The position numbers and the translations under genes were made by a program. DNA of 24,463 nt from a virus (Duplodnaviria > Caudoviricetes), in IMG/VR virus record IMGVR_UViG_3300020042_006612, positions 1-24,463 of that record; one strand, written 5' to 3'. The notes beneath the pieces were generated by a model, which saw only the letters and a program-made list of their open reading frames with translations, was not told the DNA's origin and did no database searches. How positions within the stretch are numbered: position 1 is the stretch's first letter; every line of letters begins with the position of its first letter. Below, piece after piece: positions 7,363-16,684 of this stretch.

Positions 7363-7397
7363 CGGGTTTTGTATATAACATTTTTAGTGGGGGCGCC

Positions 7398-7901
7398 ATG
7401 AAGCATTTTTTATTATTGTTGTTATTCCTGACGGCTTGCTTTGCAACTGCCCAGGAGTATGGTGGCAGCTTATCCATCCCGAGCATTAATTGTTATCACG
7501 GCAGTGGGGGTGCAGGTATTTCAGTCGTAGCCCTCGGCACAGCTACAACCCAGACGATTCACCCTTCGATGGGGGAGGCTGTAAAGGCCGCCTCTAATCT
7601 GGCTTTAAGGTATCCTGGAAAACTTGTTATCATTACACCGGCGGTCATTTACTGTAGCGCGAAGTATGCAGCGGCACCAGGCACAGCATTAGTTCAATGG
7701 ACGCATCCAACAGAAAGAGAAAATGGACAGGCGCTGGCGATTTCGGAGATAGCAGGATATGAGATTAAAGACAATTCTGGCGTTTTGCGGGTATCATCAG
7801 CTCACACTTCAGCGCCAATCAGATATTCCGGTCAAACTGTAGAAATTGCCACAATTGACACTAACGGGCTATATAGTAACTGGATCACAGTAACAGAATG
7901 A
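7398..7901 (+). CDS. Secreted protein with C-terminal fibronectin type III-like domain
   Basis: The ATG at 7398 gives a signal peptide MKHFLLLLLFLTACFATA. The C-terminal ALVQWTHPTERENG...IAGYEI...IDTNGLYS pattern is FN3-like. Confidence 0.7.
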   Translation: MKHFLLLLLFLTACFATAQEYGGSLSIPSINCYHGSGGAGISVVALGTATTQTIHPSMGEAVKAASNLALRYPGKLVIITPAVIYCSAKYAAAPGTALVQWTHPTERENGQALAISEIAGYEIKDNSGVLRVSSAHTSAPIRYSGQTVEIATIDTNGLYSNWITVTE

Positions 7902-7910
7902 GGTTTTATT

Positions 7911-9149
7911 ATGGGCTGGTTATCATCATCAAAAACGCTTGTTGATGCGTGCAATTCGCTTGCAGGGTGGGCTGGGGCTGGTAGCGGATCCGTCACAATC
8001 ACGGATGCACCGGCATTATCTGGACAGGCTCAGGCATTACGAGTTTTATCCTCTGGTGCGCCGGGCGCAAACTATCAGATAACGCGTGACCTTACTCCAA
8101 CAGACTACGCAACAGGCTGGTATTCTCAGTGGGTTAGATTCCCTAATCTTGCAACAGCGAAAAATACCGGCCATTTTTTATGGCGCACTCCGTTTTCGTC
8201 GAATGGGTATTATCAGCGATTGGTTGATATTAACAGCCTTCCGGAAGAGACAATTGCATCAAACAACGAATGGATCAACATCATGTGGCTCGGCGGTGAA
8301 ATGAATGCTGCTGGCGGCGCTCCAGTATATGCATCAAATGCCACATGGTTTGCCAAGCTCTATCTGCGTACAACCAACATATCAACAGGTGGCGCTATAG
8401 ATTTTGGTGCTCTTTATGCGAAAGTAAAACAATCAAGGCCCGCTGTTGTTATTTCCTTTGATGATTCCAATGACACAGATTACACGATTGCATTCCCTTA
8501 TTTGCAGGCGCGAGGTCTAAAAGCAACAACTTACACGATTGCAGGGCAGATAAATCAGGCCAATTTTTTGAATTCGGCACAGCTTTTGGAGCTTAGAGCT
8601 GCGGGCTGGACGGTGGGGACTCATGGTGATTTCAGCTATACAACACTGACAAACCAAGAGCTGCGTGATGACCTAACATTGAACAAGAACTTTCTAACTG
8701 GGCTTGGCATAGACAGCTGGACTCACGTCAGTTATCCCTTGGGCGATTTTAATCCAAACACGGTTTCAACAATTAAATCAATGGGGTTTAAAACTGGCAG
8801 AACCACTATTTCACGCGCATACCCAATAACCCCAGAGCGCGGATATTTTCATCTGCAGGGTGAGGGCTCAAGTGCGTGGGCTAATGCAGCAGCAGGTATA
8901 GCTGCTGTGGACTCGGCTATAGCAAACGGTGGAACTTTGATAATATTTACTCACAGATTACAGCCAGGAGTAAGCCCAACGCATACAGACACCACACTCT
9001 GGCAAACTGTAATAGATTACATTGCAGCACAGCGCAACGCAGGGGCAATAGATGTTTTGACGATGGAAGAGCTTTATTCTGCATCTGCTGGTAATACTAT
9101 TTTGTCAGAATCTAATCAAGGTTTGGTAAAATATGGATTGGTGTTATAA
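7911..9149 (+). CDS. Polysaccharide deacetylase (CE4/NodB) with N-terminal beta-sandwich domain
   Basis: ISFDD (motif 1), GWTVGTHG, SYPLG (motif 3) and IIFTH (motif 5); GAGG RBS. Confidence 0.85.
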   Translation: MGWLSSSKTLVDACNSLAGWAGAGSGSVTITDAPALSGQAQALRVLSSGAPGANYQITRDLTPTDYATGWYSQWVRFPNLATAKNTGHFLWRTPFSSNGYYQRLVDINSLPEETIASNNEWINIMWLGGEMNAAGGAPVYASNATWFAKLYLRTTNISTGGAIDFGALYAKVKQSRPAVVISFDDSNDTDYTIAFPYLQARGLKATTYTIAGQINQANFLNSAQLLELRAAGWTVGTHGDFSYTTLTNQELRDDLTLNKNFLTGLGIDSWTHVSYPLGDFNPNTVSTIKSMGFKTGRTTISRAYPITPERGYFHLQGEGSSAWANAAAGIAAVDSAIANGGTLIIFTHRLQPGVSPTHTDTTLWQTVIDYIAAQRNAGAIDVLTMEELYSASAGNTILSESNQGLVKYGLVL

Positions 9150-9176
9150 TCTACAAATATTATTTAGGGGTTTAAT

Positions 9177-9467
9177 ATGCAAAAACTGATTATCACTAAA
9201 GCGCTTGGGGATTCGGTATCACAGCCCGCAACTGGAATAGATTTAAAGGCCGGTGACTCTATCGTAGTTAGCGGTTTGACAGGTGCGGAAGTCGCTGGAA
9301 TTTATGTTCTTGTAGGGACTACTTTTGTGGCGGTCAAAGAAAGCACCGGGACTGCGGTAGAATTAACAGCAGCGAGAGACTCGCTCACAATATCAGGCGC
9401 AGGTACTTATCAGATACAATGCGGCACTACAACCGGCGCCGTAATAATTTCAATCAATATTCCATAG
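9177..9467 (+). CDS. Hypothetical beta-rich protein, possibly virion-associated (96 aa)
   Basis: Rich in T/G/V/A; AGGGG RBS. Confidence 0.7.
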   Translation: MQKLIITKALGDSVSQPATGIDLKAGDSIVVSGLTGAEVAGIYVLVGTTFVAVKESTGTAVELTAARDSLTISGAGTYQIQCGTTTGAVIISINIP

Positions 9468-9476
9468 GAGAATATC

Positions 9477-9932
9477 ATGTTAGTTCCACGCACACATCTA
9501 ACGCCATCTCTAGAAAATTTGTATTCCTATCTTGACTCAATAGGCAGTTATCTATCGTCGTCTGTAGCCCAAGGAAGCGCCGTAGCATTAACATCAACCA
9601 CAGCGGCAAACGTCACTAGCATTACGCTGCCTGCCGGTGAGTGGGATGTGTCAGGTGTTTTAGCACTGATTCCTGCTGCTTCTACGTCAATTACCGTGGT
9701 TCATGGCAGTTCAAGTACCACTAGTGCAACAGTTGGTGATTCGGCTCAGGCGGTATCATTTGCACAATCTGCTGTCGTTCCTGGTGCTATAGCTCAGTCT
9801 TTTGTGATTCCTAATTATCGTGTTGTAGTTCCAACTAACACAACTCAAGTTATTTACTTGGTTGCTCGCTGCACCTTTACCGTCTCAACACTGGGCGCTT
9901 TCGGTACAATCCAAGCAAGACGCATTTCCTGA
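9477..9932 (+). CDS. Hypothetical beta-rich, tail-fibre-like domain protein (151 aa)
   Basis: AGGAG RBS; ANVTSITLPAGEWDVSG...IQARRI; rich in S/T/A/V. Confidence 0.7.
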   Translation: MLVPRTHLTPSLENLYSYLDSIGSYLSSSVAQGSAVALTSTTAANVTSITLPAGEWDVSGVLALIPAASTSITVVHGSSSTTSATVGDSAQAVSFAQSAVVPGAIAQSFVIPNYRVVVPTNTTQVIYLVARCTFTVSTLGAFGTIQARRIS

Positions 9933-9950
9933 TAAAGATTTGTAAGATTT

Positions 9951-9989
9951 AAGATCCGGTATCTGATTTATTTTGGATGCCGGATTTTT
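9951..9989 (+). terminator. Rho-independent terminator
   Basis: Stem GATCCGGTATCTGA/TTGGATGCCGGATT (with G-U pairs) followed by a T run. Confidence 0.7.
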
Positions 9990-10032
9990 CATTTTAGGAT
10001 GGATAAATGTAAAGATTCGCAAATGATCTTTT

Positions 10033-10048
10033 TGGTTAGCGCTAACCA
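10033..10048. promoter_or_regulatory. Perfect 16-bp palindrome TGGTTAGCGCTAACCA, putative operator (copy 2)
   Basis: Intergenic, about 57 bp upstream of ORF 10106, with a central CG as in LacI-family operators. Confidence 0.55.
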
Positions 10049-10105
10049 GTCTAATATGTACACATAAGCCAAGCAATAAAGAGAGGCAAAACACAGGTAA
10101 TCAAA

Positions 10106-10489
10106 ATGAACAAACAAACAAAGAATGCGCCGATACCACCATGGACTCCAAAATGTCAAAAATGCCTTTACATTTTAATGTCAGTTTCCTTGGCGGCTAT
10201 TATTTTTGCAATGATATTGTTCTCACCATCAGCAAAAGCAGACATCTACATCAAGATAGGATCAGGCTATAAGCTGGTCGAGACTGATCACATAGTACGG
10301 AATAACGGCGAGAAGGTTTATTTCCACACAGGCGGAAAGATAAGCGCCAGGATTGAGATAGGAAAAGAGCATGGCAATTGGTCTTACGGAGTTTCACATC
10401 ACAGCCAATGGGCAGCAGGGTTCCCGTTCAATGACCGTGATGAGCCCCAGAAAAGCGAGATTTTCATAGACTACAAATGGACTCTATAA
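10106..10489 (+). CDS. Exported small beta-strand (outer-membrane-like) protein
   Basis: Hydrophobic segment ending in AKA-D (signal peptidase-like site), then amphipathic strands and a C-terminal IFIDYKWTL. Confidence 0.65.
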   Translation: MNKQTKNAPIPPWTPKCQKCLYILMSVSLAAIIFAMILFSPSAKADIYIKIGSGYKLVETDHIVRNNGEKVYFHTGGKISARIEIGKEHGNWSYGVSHHSQWAAGFPFNDRDEPQKSEIFIDYKWTL

Positions 10490-10641
10490 TGCTATCCCAT
10501 CAAATTCTTATTGATCATCTGGAATATGATGAAATCACTGGCGTATTCACAAGGAAGATTGCAACAGCGAGATCAGTTTCTGCTGTTGTAACATCCGGCA
10601 CTTTAAGGCGTGGTGATGTTGTTAAAATGCATCGAGATTGA
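10489..10641 (+). pseudogene. Truncated HNH homing-endonuclease remnant (50 aa)
   Basis: MLSHQILIDHLEYDEITGVFTRK resembles the N-terminus of phage HNH_3 endonucleases (L.Y(D/N)..TG.F), but the ORF stops before any HNH motif. Confidence 0.55.
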
Positions 10642-10686
10642 TACACTATAACCTTGTGATGGGCAACCATTTAGCGAGGTAAATAT

Positions 10687-10998
10687 ATGTCCGGTAGTGG
10701 ATTATCAGCAGCAGATCGCAATAAAAAGATCAGGCAAGAGGCTCTAAGAGAGCAGCTTTCTAACTACAAGCTAGTTGAGAAAGTTATTGAAATTAATGGG
10801 AAAATGCAAGACTTGGCACAAGAGTTGCCACAAGAGCATGTTGCCCGTCTTAAGATAGCAATGGACGTTAATCTAAAGCTAATCAACAAATACTTGCCAG
10901 ACCTAAAACAGACAGAGCTTATAGGTGATCCTGATCAGCCAGTAGAGCACAGGGTATCAGTTTGGAATCTGGTAGGCGTTCCGGCCAATGGCAATTAA
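10687..10998 (+). CDS. terS: Terminase small subunit (putative)
   Basis: Helical 103-aa protein with KLINKYLPDLKQTEL, overlapping the terL start; GAGGT RBS. Confidence 0.7.
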   Translation: MSGSGLSAADRNKKIRQEALREQLSNYKLVEKVIEINGKMQDLAQELPQEHVARLKIAMDVNLKLINKYLPDLKQTELIGDPDQPVEHRVSVWNLVGVPANGN

Positions 10999-12406
10999 TG
11001 TCAAGGTTCCTGAAAAACTAATACCGCTGATCATAACGCCTAAGCCATTAAAGATTATGGTTGGCGGTAGAGGTTCATCAAAATCTGAATCTACTGCTCA
11101 GTGCATGTTAAAGTTCTGTGATGATGGCGAGCGTGTTTTATGCGCCCGTGAATTCCAGAACTCACTTGATGATTCCGTTCACTCATTACTAAAGCGCAAG
11201 ATAGATGAATTAGGTGTTTCCACACTTAATGTTCTGGCATCTGCTATTCAGTCTGCAAACAATGGCGAGATAATCTATAAAGGTCTTGCCAGGAACGTTC
11301 AATCAATCAAGTCTCTCGACTACATAAAAAAGGTGTGGATTGAAGAGGGGCAAACAGTTAGTCAAGAATCAATTGATACTCTATTCCCCACCATCCGGCA
11401 AAACGGCGCTGAGATATGGGTAACAATGAATCGTGGTTCTGTTACAGATCCTATTGCTGTTACCTATCTAAACAAAGCTGAATCAGAATTAGAGCGTTGC
11501 GGGTATTATGAAGACGACTACATGATAGTTGTCGAGATTAACTGGCGTGACAACCCGTGGTTCCCTGAGATACTTAACCAACAACGATTAAAGGCTTTGG
11601 CTGAGTGGGCTAGAGCTAAGTATGATCATATATGGGAAGGTAGATATGGTGATCTTATCGAAGATCCTATTATCCAGCCTGAGTGGTTTGAAGCCTGCAT
11701 TGATGCTCACTTAAACCCAAAGATTAGCTCAGCATTAAAAGCCAGGGGTGCAAGATTAGCAGCGTTTGATCCATCTGATACTGGAGATGCCAAAGGGTAT
11801 GCACAACGAATAGGGAATGTATTCACTGATGTTTGCGACAAGAAGTCAGGGGATTCTGATGACGGGATGATTTGGGCAACCGATAAGGCATTACAGTTTG
11901 GTTGTGATGAGTTTGTATGGGATTATTCCGGCATTGGTTCGGGGATGTTAGGAAGTATCAGGAAGTCATTCGCCGGAAAGAAAACAAAGCTGCAGGCCTT
12001 CAATGGCGGCGAGTCCCCGGACGATAAAGACAAGCCATATATCTCTGATGACGGCAAGAAAAAGACCGTAGGTGATGTGTTCATAAACAAACGTGCGCAG
12101 CGATATTGGCGACTATATGAACTGTGTTACAATACGTACCGGTGTATAGTCAAGGGTGACTATGTTGATCCTGATGATATGATCAGCTTTAGCTCTAACA
12201 TTAAGGATATGCAAAGATTAAGATCGGAGATTTGTAGAATCCCGAGAAAGCGCAGGGGTGATGGAGTTATCCAGATCATGACCAAAAAGGAAATGCTGAC
12301 TAAAAAGATTCCATCGCCAAACATGGCTGATGCTGTAATGATGTTGATATTTAACCCTGTCGTTGGGCAGGAATTTAAAGAAATAGAATTCGAGACATTC
12401 ACATGA
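10988..12406 (+). CDS. terL: Terminase large subunit (PBSX / Terminase_3 type)
   Basis: GGRGSSKS Walker A, CAREFQNS, WIEEG Walker B, INWRDNPWFP, and nuclease motifs AFDPS and SPNMADA. Confidence 0.95.
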   Translation: MAINVKVPEKLIPLIITPKPLKIMVGGRGSSKSESTAQCMLKFCDDGERVLCAREFQNSLDDSVHSLLKRKIDELGVSTLNVLASAIQSANNGEIIYKGLARNVQSIKSLDYIKKVWIEEGQTVSQESIDTLFPTIRQNGAEIWVTMNRGSVTDPIAVTYLNKAESELERCGYYEDDYMIVVEINWRDNPWFPEILNQQRLKALAEWARAKYDHIWEGRYGDLIEDPIIQPEWFEACIDAHLNPKISSALKARGARLAAFDPSDTGDAKGYAQRIGNVFTDVCDKKSGDSDDGMIWATDKALQFGCDEFVWDYSGIGSGMLGSIRKSFAGKKTKLQAFNGGESPDDKDKPYISDDGKKKTVGDVFINKRAQRYWRLYELCYNTYRCIVKGDYVDPDDMISFSSNIKDMQRLRSEICRIPRKRRGDGVIQIMTKKEMLTKKIPSPNMADAVMMLIFNPVVGQEFKEIEFETFT

Positions 12407-14487
12407 TTGAATTTGAAGATCACAAAGATGTAATGGCCGCCCGCGCAACCGCTCAAGAGATTGAGAAAGACCGAAGGGAAAAGATGCGTGAATGCCTAAA
12501 CTTTATCACAAAGGAGGATGGCCAATGGGAGGATGGGATCTATGCCAAGTTTGAGCAATATGGCCGTCCTCGCTACACATTCGACATCACAGGTACGATA
12601 GTCAACAAATATTATGGTGAAATGACGCAGAATGATTTCAATATCCGCGTTACTCCAATGGGTTCAGGCTCATCAAAAGATACCGCCAAGTTATTCGCCG
12701 GATTAATCAAAAACACAGAATCAATCTCACGGGCAACCAATGTTTATTCAATGGCTGCGAGGATGGAAATGATTGCTGGATTTGACTGTATTCGCATCGA
12801 CCAAGATTACGCCGATCCTGACTCATTTGACCAGGACTTATTCATCAGACATATTACTGACTCGTTGAATAGGGTTTGGTTCCTTGGCAACTACCAAGAA
12901 AGAACGTGTGAAGATGCTGACGGCGTGATTGTTGAGCACCTCATATCCGTTGAAGAATATGAAGAAAGATTTGGGTTGGAAGATGATGCAGTCCAATCTC
13001 TTGGTGATACTCAATGTCGAAACAGCTATTACTATAAGCGAGAAGGCGTTCGTGTTGGTGAGTTGATCTACAAAGAAAAACAAAATGTCACACTGTACCA
13101 ATTGCCTGATGGCACTGTGATGAGCGAGGAAGACTACAAAGCCTTGGGCGTTAAAGTCGAAGGCGTTAAGTCAAGAAAGAAAGAAAGCCAGAAGATTTGC
13201 GTCCGCTGGTTTGATGGCAATAAGTTTTTGACAGAATCAGAAGACACAGTGTTTGATTTTCTGCCAGTTGTCCCGGTGATGCCCAACTTTCTCATTGTGG
13301 AAGATAAGCCAATCACCCGCGGTGTTGTTGAGCCGTTAATGGATTGGCAAAGAGTCAGGAATTACACTGGATCGGCTTACGTAGAAGAGACAGCCCTCGC
13401 CCCTAAAGACGTTATTATGATGACAAGGGAGCAGTTAGCGGGGAACGAGAAGGACGCAGGAAGATTAAGTGTTGCTGGTCGCCCGATACTCACATACACC
13501 CACATTGACGGCCAGATTCAGCCATTTAAGCCCGGAGCTTATCAGTCAAACAATGGCTTGGCCAGCATGTTCCAGCTATCAGAGCAAGGCATCCAATCAA
13601 GTGCTGGTATGTTTGCCGCTGGTCTCGGTGATAACCCTGCCTTACAGTCTGGTGTTGCTATTGAGCGGCTGGACAATAACAGTAATCTTGGGTCAATTGA
13701 GTATTACAAAGCTCTCGAAGTTACCTTGGGTCACTTGGGTAAGGTGTTGGTTAACGCATACCCTAAAATATATGACACCGAACGCGAGCGCAGAATATTC
13801 AATGATGACGGAACGTTCGAGCTGATCACTGTTAACCAGAGAGGCCCTGATGGCGAGGCAATTAACGACCTGTCAAAAGGAATTTACGATGTTTATTGTG
13901 ATATTGGCAAAGCATTCCGCAATCGTCAGGAAGAGACTGCTGAGCAAATTGTCAAACTTGGTCAGGTTGACTCGATATTTGTTAGTGAGAACCAAGACAT
14001 TTTACTTTCTTCTCTGGATTCTCCCGGGATGGATCAAGCAGCAGAGCGCGCACGTGCAAGATTGATGAAAGCAGGTGCTATTCCTGAGTCGCAATGGACT
14101 GATGATGAGATTGCACAGGCGCAAGCAGCAGCTGAGGCAGCGGCGCAGAATCCTCCACCTGAAGACCCGATGATGATTGCAGCCAAGGCTGAAGATAAGA
14201 AGGCAGATGCAGCTCTTGCGGCTCAGGAAATGAAAGCTATCCAGCTCCAGCAAGCACAGCAGAAGCTAGACTTTGACCAACAGAAGCAGCAAATAGAGCT
14301 AATATCTAATGGTCAAAAGGATCAGATGCAGTTACAAAAAGACACAATGGACATGCTTGCCCAGATGGCGAACATACTCAAAACCATAGGCGAGTCTAGT
14401 GAAAAAGACGTAACGTTGACGCCTGATGCCCAGAAAGCTTATGACAAGCAAGCACAAAACGTAGTCAGTGTGCAAGAGAAATTGTAG
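12403..14487 (+). CDS. Portal protein, P22 gp1-like
   Basis: 694 aa directly after terL, with GQW, GRP, SGVAI, DLSKGIYDV and a Q-rich coiled C-terminus. Confidence 0.9.
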   Translation: MIEFEDHKDVMAARATAQEIEKDRREKMRECLNFITKEDGQWEDGIYAKFEQYGRPRYTFDITGTIVNKYYGEMTQNDFNIRVTPMGSGSSKDTAKLFAGLIKNTESISRATNVYSMAARMEMIAGFDCIRIDQDYADPDSFDQDLFIRHITDSLNRVWFLGNYQERTCEDADGVIVEHLISVEEYEERFGLEDDAVQSLGDTQCRNSYYYKREGVRVGELIYKEKQNVTLYQLPDGTVMSEEDYKALGVKVEGVKSRKKESQKICVRWFDGNKFLTESEDTVFDFLPVVPVMPNFLIVEDKPITRGVVEPLMDWQRVRNYTGSAYVEETALAPKDVIMMTREQLAGNEKDAGRLSVAGRPILTYTHIDGQIQPFKPGAYQSNNGLASMFQLSEQGIQSSAGMFAAGLGDNPALQSGVAIERLDNNSNLGSIEYYKALEVTLGHLGKVLVNAYPKIYDTERERRIFNDDGTFELITVNQRGPDGEAINDLSKGIYDVYCDIGKAFRNRQEETAEQIVKLGQVDSIFVSENQDILLSSLDSPGMDQAAERARARLMKAGAIPESQWTDDEIAQAQAAAEAAAQNPPPEDPMMIAAKAEDKKADAALAAQEMKAIQLQQAQQKLDFDQQKQQIELISNGQKDQMQLQKDTMDMLAQMANILKTIGESSEKDVTLTPDAQKAYDKQAQNVVSVQEKL

Positions 14488-14494
14488 CGATAGT

Positions 14495-14522
14495 TTGACA
14501 CTATCAGAAATGAGCGTATTAT
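14495..14522 (+). promoter_or_regulatory. Possible promoter for scaffold and coat genes
   Basis: TTGACA(14495-14500)-16-TATTAT(14517-14522) in the portal-scaffold gap. Confidence 0.5.
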
Positions 14523-14550
14523 TAACAACAGCGACCAATGAGGTTAAGCC

Positions 14551-15363
14551 ATGATTAGCGACCAAATCGACAACACCGAAGAGTTAGAAGTTGATGGATC
14601 TTTAGAGGCGGAGGATGAAACCGAAGCTGAAGAGATTGAGGAAGAGTCGGAAAGCAACGACGAATCCACCAATGACGAGCCTGAAAGTGATGCAGAAGAG
14701 GCCCCTGCGAAAAAGTCTGGGTATGTCGAATTCTCTACGCCCGAGCAAAAGGCCAGGGTTGCAGAGATAACCAGAAAAAGATATGAGGCTGAACGGGAAG
14801 CCGCAAAGCTTAAGCGTGAGTTAGAGCAATACCGGAAAGAGCCAGAGCCTCCAAAAGAAGTTCCCCCTCCTTCCGCCGACCCTGTGACTGATCCCGATGT
14901 TTACGCCAAGCAAGCGAGAGAACGCGAGGCATACATCAGAGAGGCCACAAAGTACGAAACTGAATCAGAGCAGCGCAAAAAGCAAAGCGCGGAATCCGAA
15001 CAGAAGCGTCAGGGTGCATTGCTTGAAACTTACAACAAGAACATTGAACGGCTGAAAGTTAACCCTAAGGTTTTAGCGAAAGCGGCAGATACCTGCACAG
15101 CTTATGGGATTAGCAAAGAGCTGGTTGAAGAGTTGCTTGAAGATGAGGACGGACCAGCAATTGTTGCCTACCTGGGCAATAACGTTGATGATCTAGCCGA
15201 AGTCACAAGCCTGTCAACAGCTAAAGCCGTGAAGTACATCGAGCGACAAATTCGTTCGAAAATACACAGTAAACAAACATCCAAGGCGCCACCGCCTCCA
15301 ACTCGGGTTAATGGGTCAAGACCAAAAGCCAGTGTTGCAGTAAATGGCACCACTTTTGAATAG
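14551..15363 (+). CDS. Scaffolding protein
   Basis: Acidic N-terminus, coiled coil, GPAIVAYLG and a SKAPPP tail; located between portal and coat. Confidence 0.85.
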   Translation: MISDQIDNTEELEVDGSLEAEDETEAEEIEEESESNDESTNDEPESDAEEAPAKKSGYVEFSTPEQKARVAEITRKRYEAEREAAKLKRELEQYRKEPEPPKEVPPPSADPVTDPDVYAKQAREREAYIREATKYETESEQRKKQSAESEQKRQGALLETYNKNIERLKVNPKVLAKAADTCTAYGISKELVEELLEDEDGPAIVAYLGNNVDDLAEVTSLSTAKAVKYIERQIRSKIHSKQTSKAPPPPTRVNGSRPKASVAVNGTTFE

Positions 15364-15374
15364 GAAGCTAAATC

Positions 15375-16643
15375 ATGGCTAACAATACAGATAGTAATAT
15401 TACCCTCAAGGTAGCGAAAGGCTTCCTGAAAGGGTTTGAATCAAACGTAGTTTTATTGAAAACTGTTGACACCCAAAAATTAGAGACTGCCGGGTTGGGC
15501 ACTCCTGATTTTGGTGAAACAATGAAGTTTAAGCGCCCAATGCAATACCGCAGCAAGAAAACCGCTGGTGGTGATATCTCTGCAGGCCCACGTCAAGATA
15601 TTGTAATGGGTAATGCGACAGGTACGGTGCAGAGTGTTTATACTGTTGATGTTGAATGGGGAATTCTCGAGGAGGCTTTGCGTCTGAATGAATTGGATGC
15701 TGCCCTTGAGCCTATCGCGTCTCAAATCATCACTGACATTGAGACTGATCTCGGTACATTCATGATCACTAACTCAGGTCTTACCTATGGTACTCCTGGT
15801 GTTGCTGTGACTGCATGGGATCATGTTGCTGGTGCTGGTGCACTGATGAACTCCATTGGCGTGATGGGCGAGAAAAACTATGTAATGAACCCATTTAGTC
15901 AAACCAATCTGGCAAAACTGTCTAACGGTCTTGCTTCTGGCGCGCCTAACTTGGTGACTAATGCATGGGAAGAAGCTCAAATCTCCACTAAATTCGGTGG
16001 ATTGCGCGCCCTTAGCTCTAATGCATTAAGTTCATACACCTCTGGTACTGCAACAGATCGTGTCGGTACTTTGTCAGCTACTCCAACTGCAACTTATGCA
16101 TCTGTTAAAGATTCCTACTTGCAAAACTGGGCTTTAACTGGACTGTCAGCGACTGGAACCATTACGTCGGGCGAGGTTATCGAAGTTACTGGCCGTTATT
16201 ACATCAACATGAAAACCCGTAAGGTTGTCATGGGTGCAAATGGCCTGCCTATCCCTGTTCGTGGAACTGTTGTTGTTGGCGGCACTGCGGTTGCTGGTGC
16301 GTTAACTGTTACCGTTGCCCCTGCAATGATTTTCGAGGCAAACGGACAGTATAACAACGTTAGTTCAGCGCTGACGTCTGGTGATGTTATTACCATCCTT
16401 GGATCAGCCTCTACCGAATATCAACCTAACCTGTTCTACTCTAAAGCGGCGTTCGGTGTTGGTTTCGTTAAGCTGCCAAAACTGTACAGCACTGATACCA
16501 TATTCACCACCAAAGACGGTGTTTCTATGCGTATCTGCCGCTATGCAGATGGTGATCGTAACCGCAACGTAGTCCGTTTTGACGCCTTACCAGCTTTCGC
16601 TTGCTTCAATCCTTTGATGGCAGGTCGTGGTTGGGGTGTTTAA
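15375..16643 (+). CDS. Major capsid protein, P22/Sf6 gp5-like
   Basis: 422 aa with a MANN start, KRPMQY and RFDALPAFACFNP; strong codon bias and an AGGA RBS. Confidence 0.93.
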   Translation: MANNTDSNITLKVAKGFLKGFESNVVLLKTVDTQKLETAGLGTPDFGETMKFKRPMQYRSKKTAGGDISAGPRQDIVMGNATGTVQSVYTVDVEWGILEEALRLNELDAALEPIASQIITDIETDLGTFMITNSGLTYGTPGVAVTAWDHVAGAGALMNSIGVMGEKNYVMNPFSQTNLAKLSNGLASGAPNLVTNAWEEAQISTKFGGLRALSSNALSSYTSGTATDRVGTLSATPTATYASVKDSYLQNWALTGLSATGTITSGEVIEVTGRYYINMKTRKVVMGANGLPIPVRGTVVVGGTAVAGALTVTVAPAMIFEANGQYNNVSSALTSGDVITILGSASTEYQPNLFYSKAAFGVGFVKLPKLYSTDTIFTTKDGVSMRICRYADGDRNRNVVRFDALPAFACFNPLMAGRGWGV

Positions 16644-16659
16644 TACCTGGTGTGACGGA

Positions 16660-16684
16660 AGCCTCCTTAACCGGGGGCTTTTTC
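16660..16684 (+). terminator. Rho-independent terminator after the coat gene
   Basis: AGCCTCC-ttaacc-GGGGGCT followed by TTTT; it overlaps the stop of the antisense gene. Confidence 0.8.
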
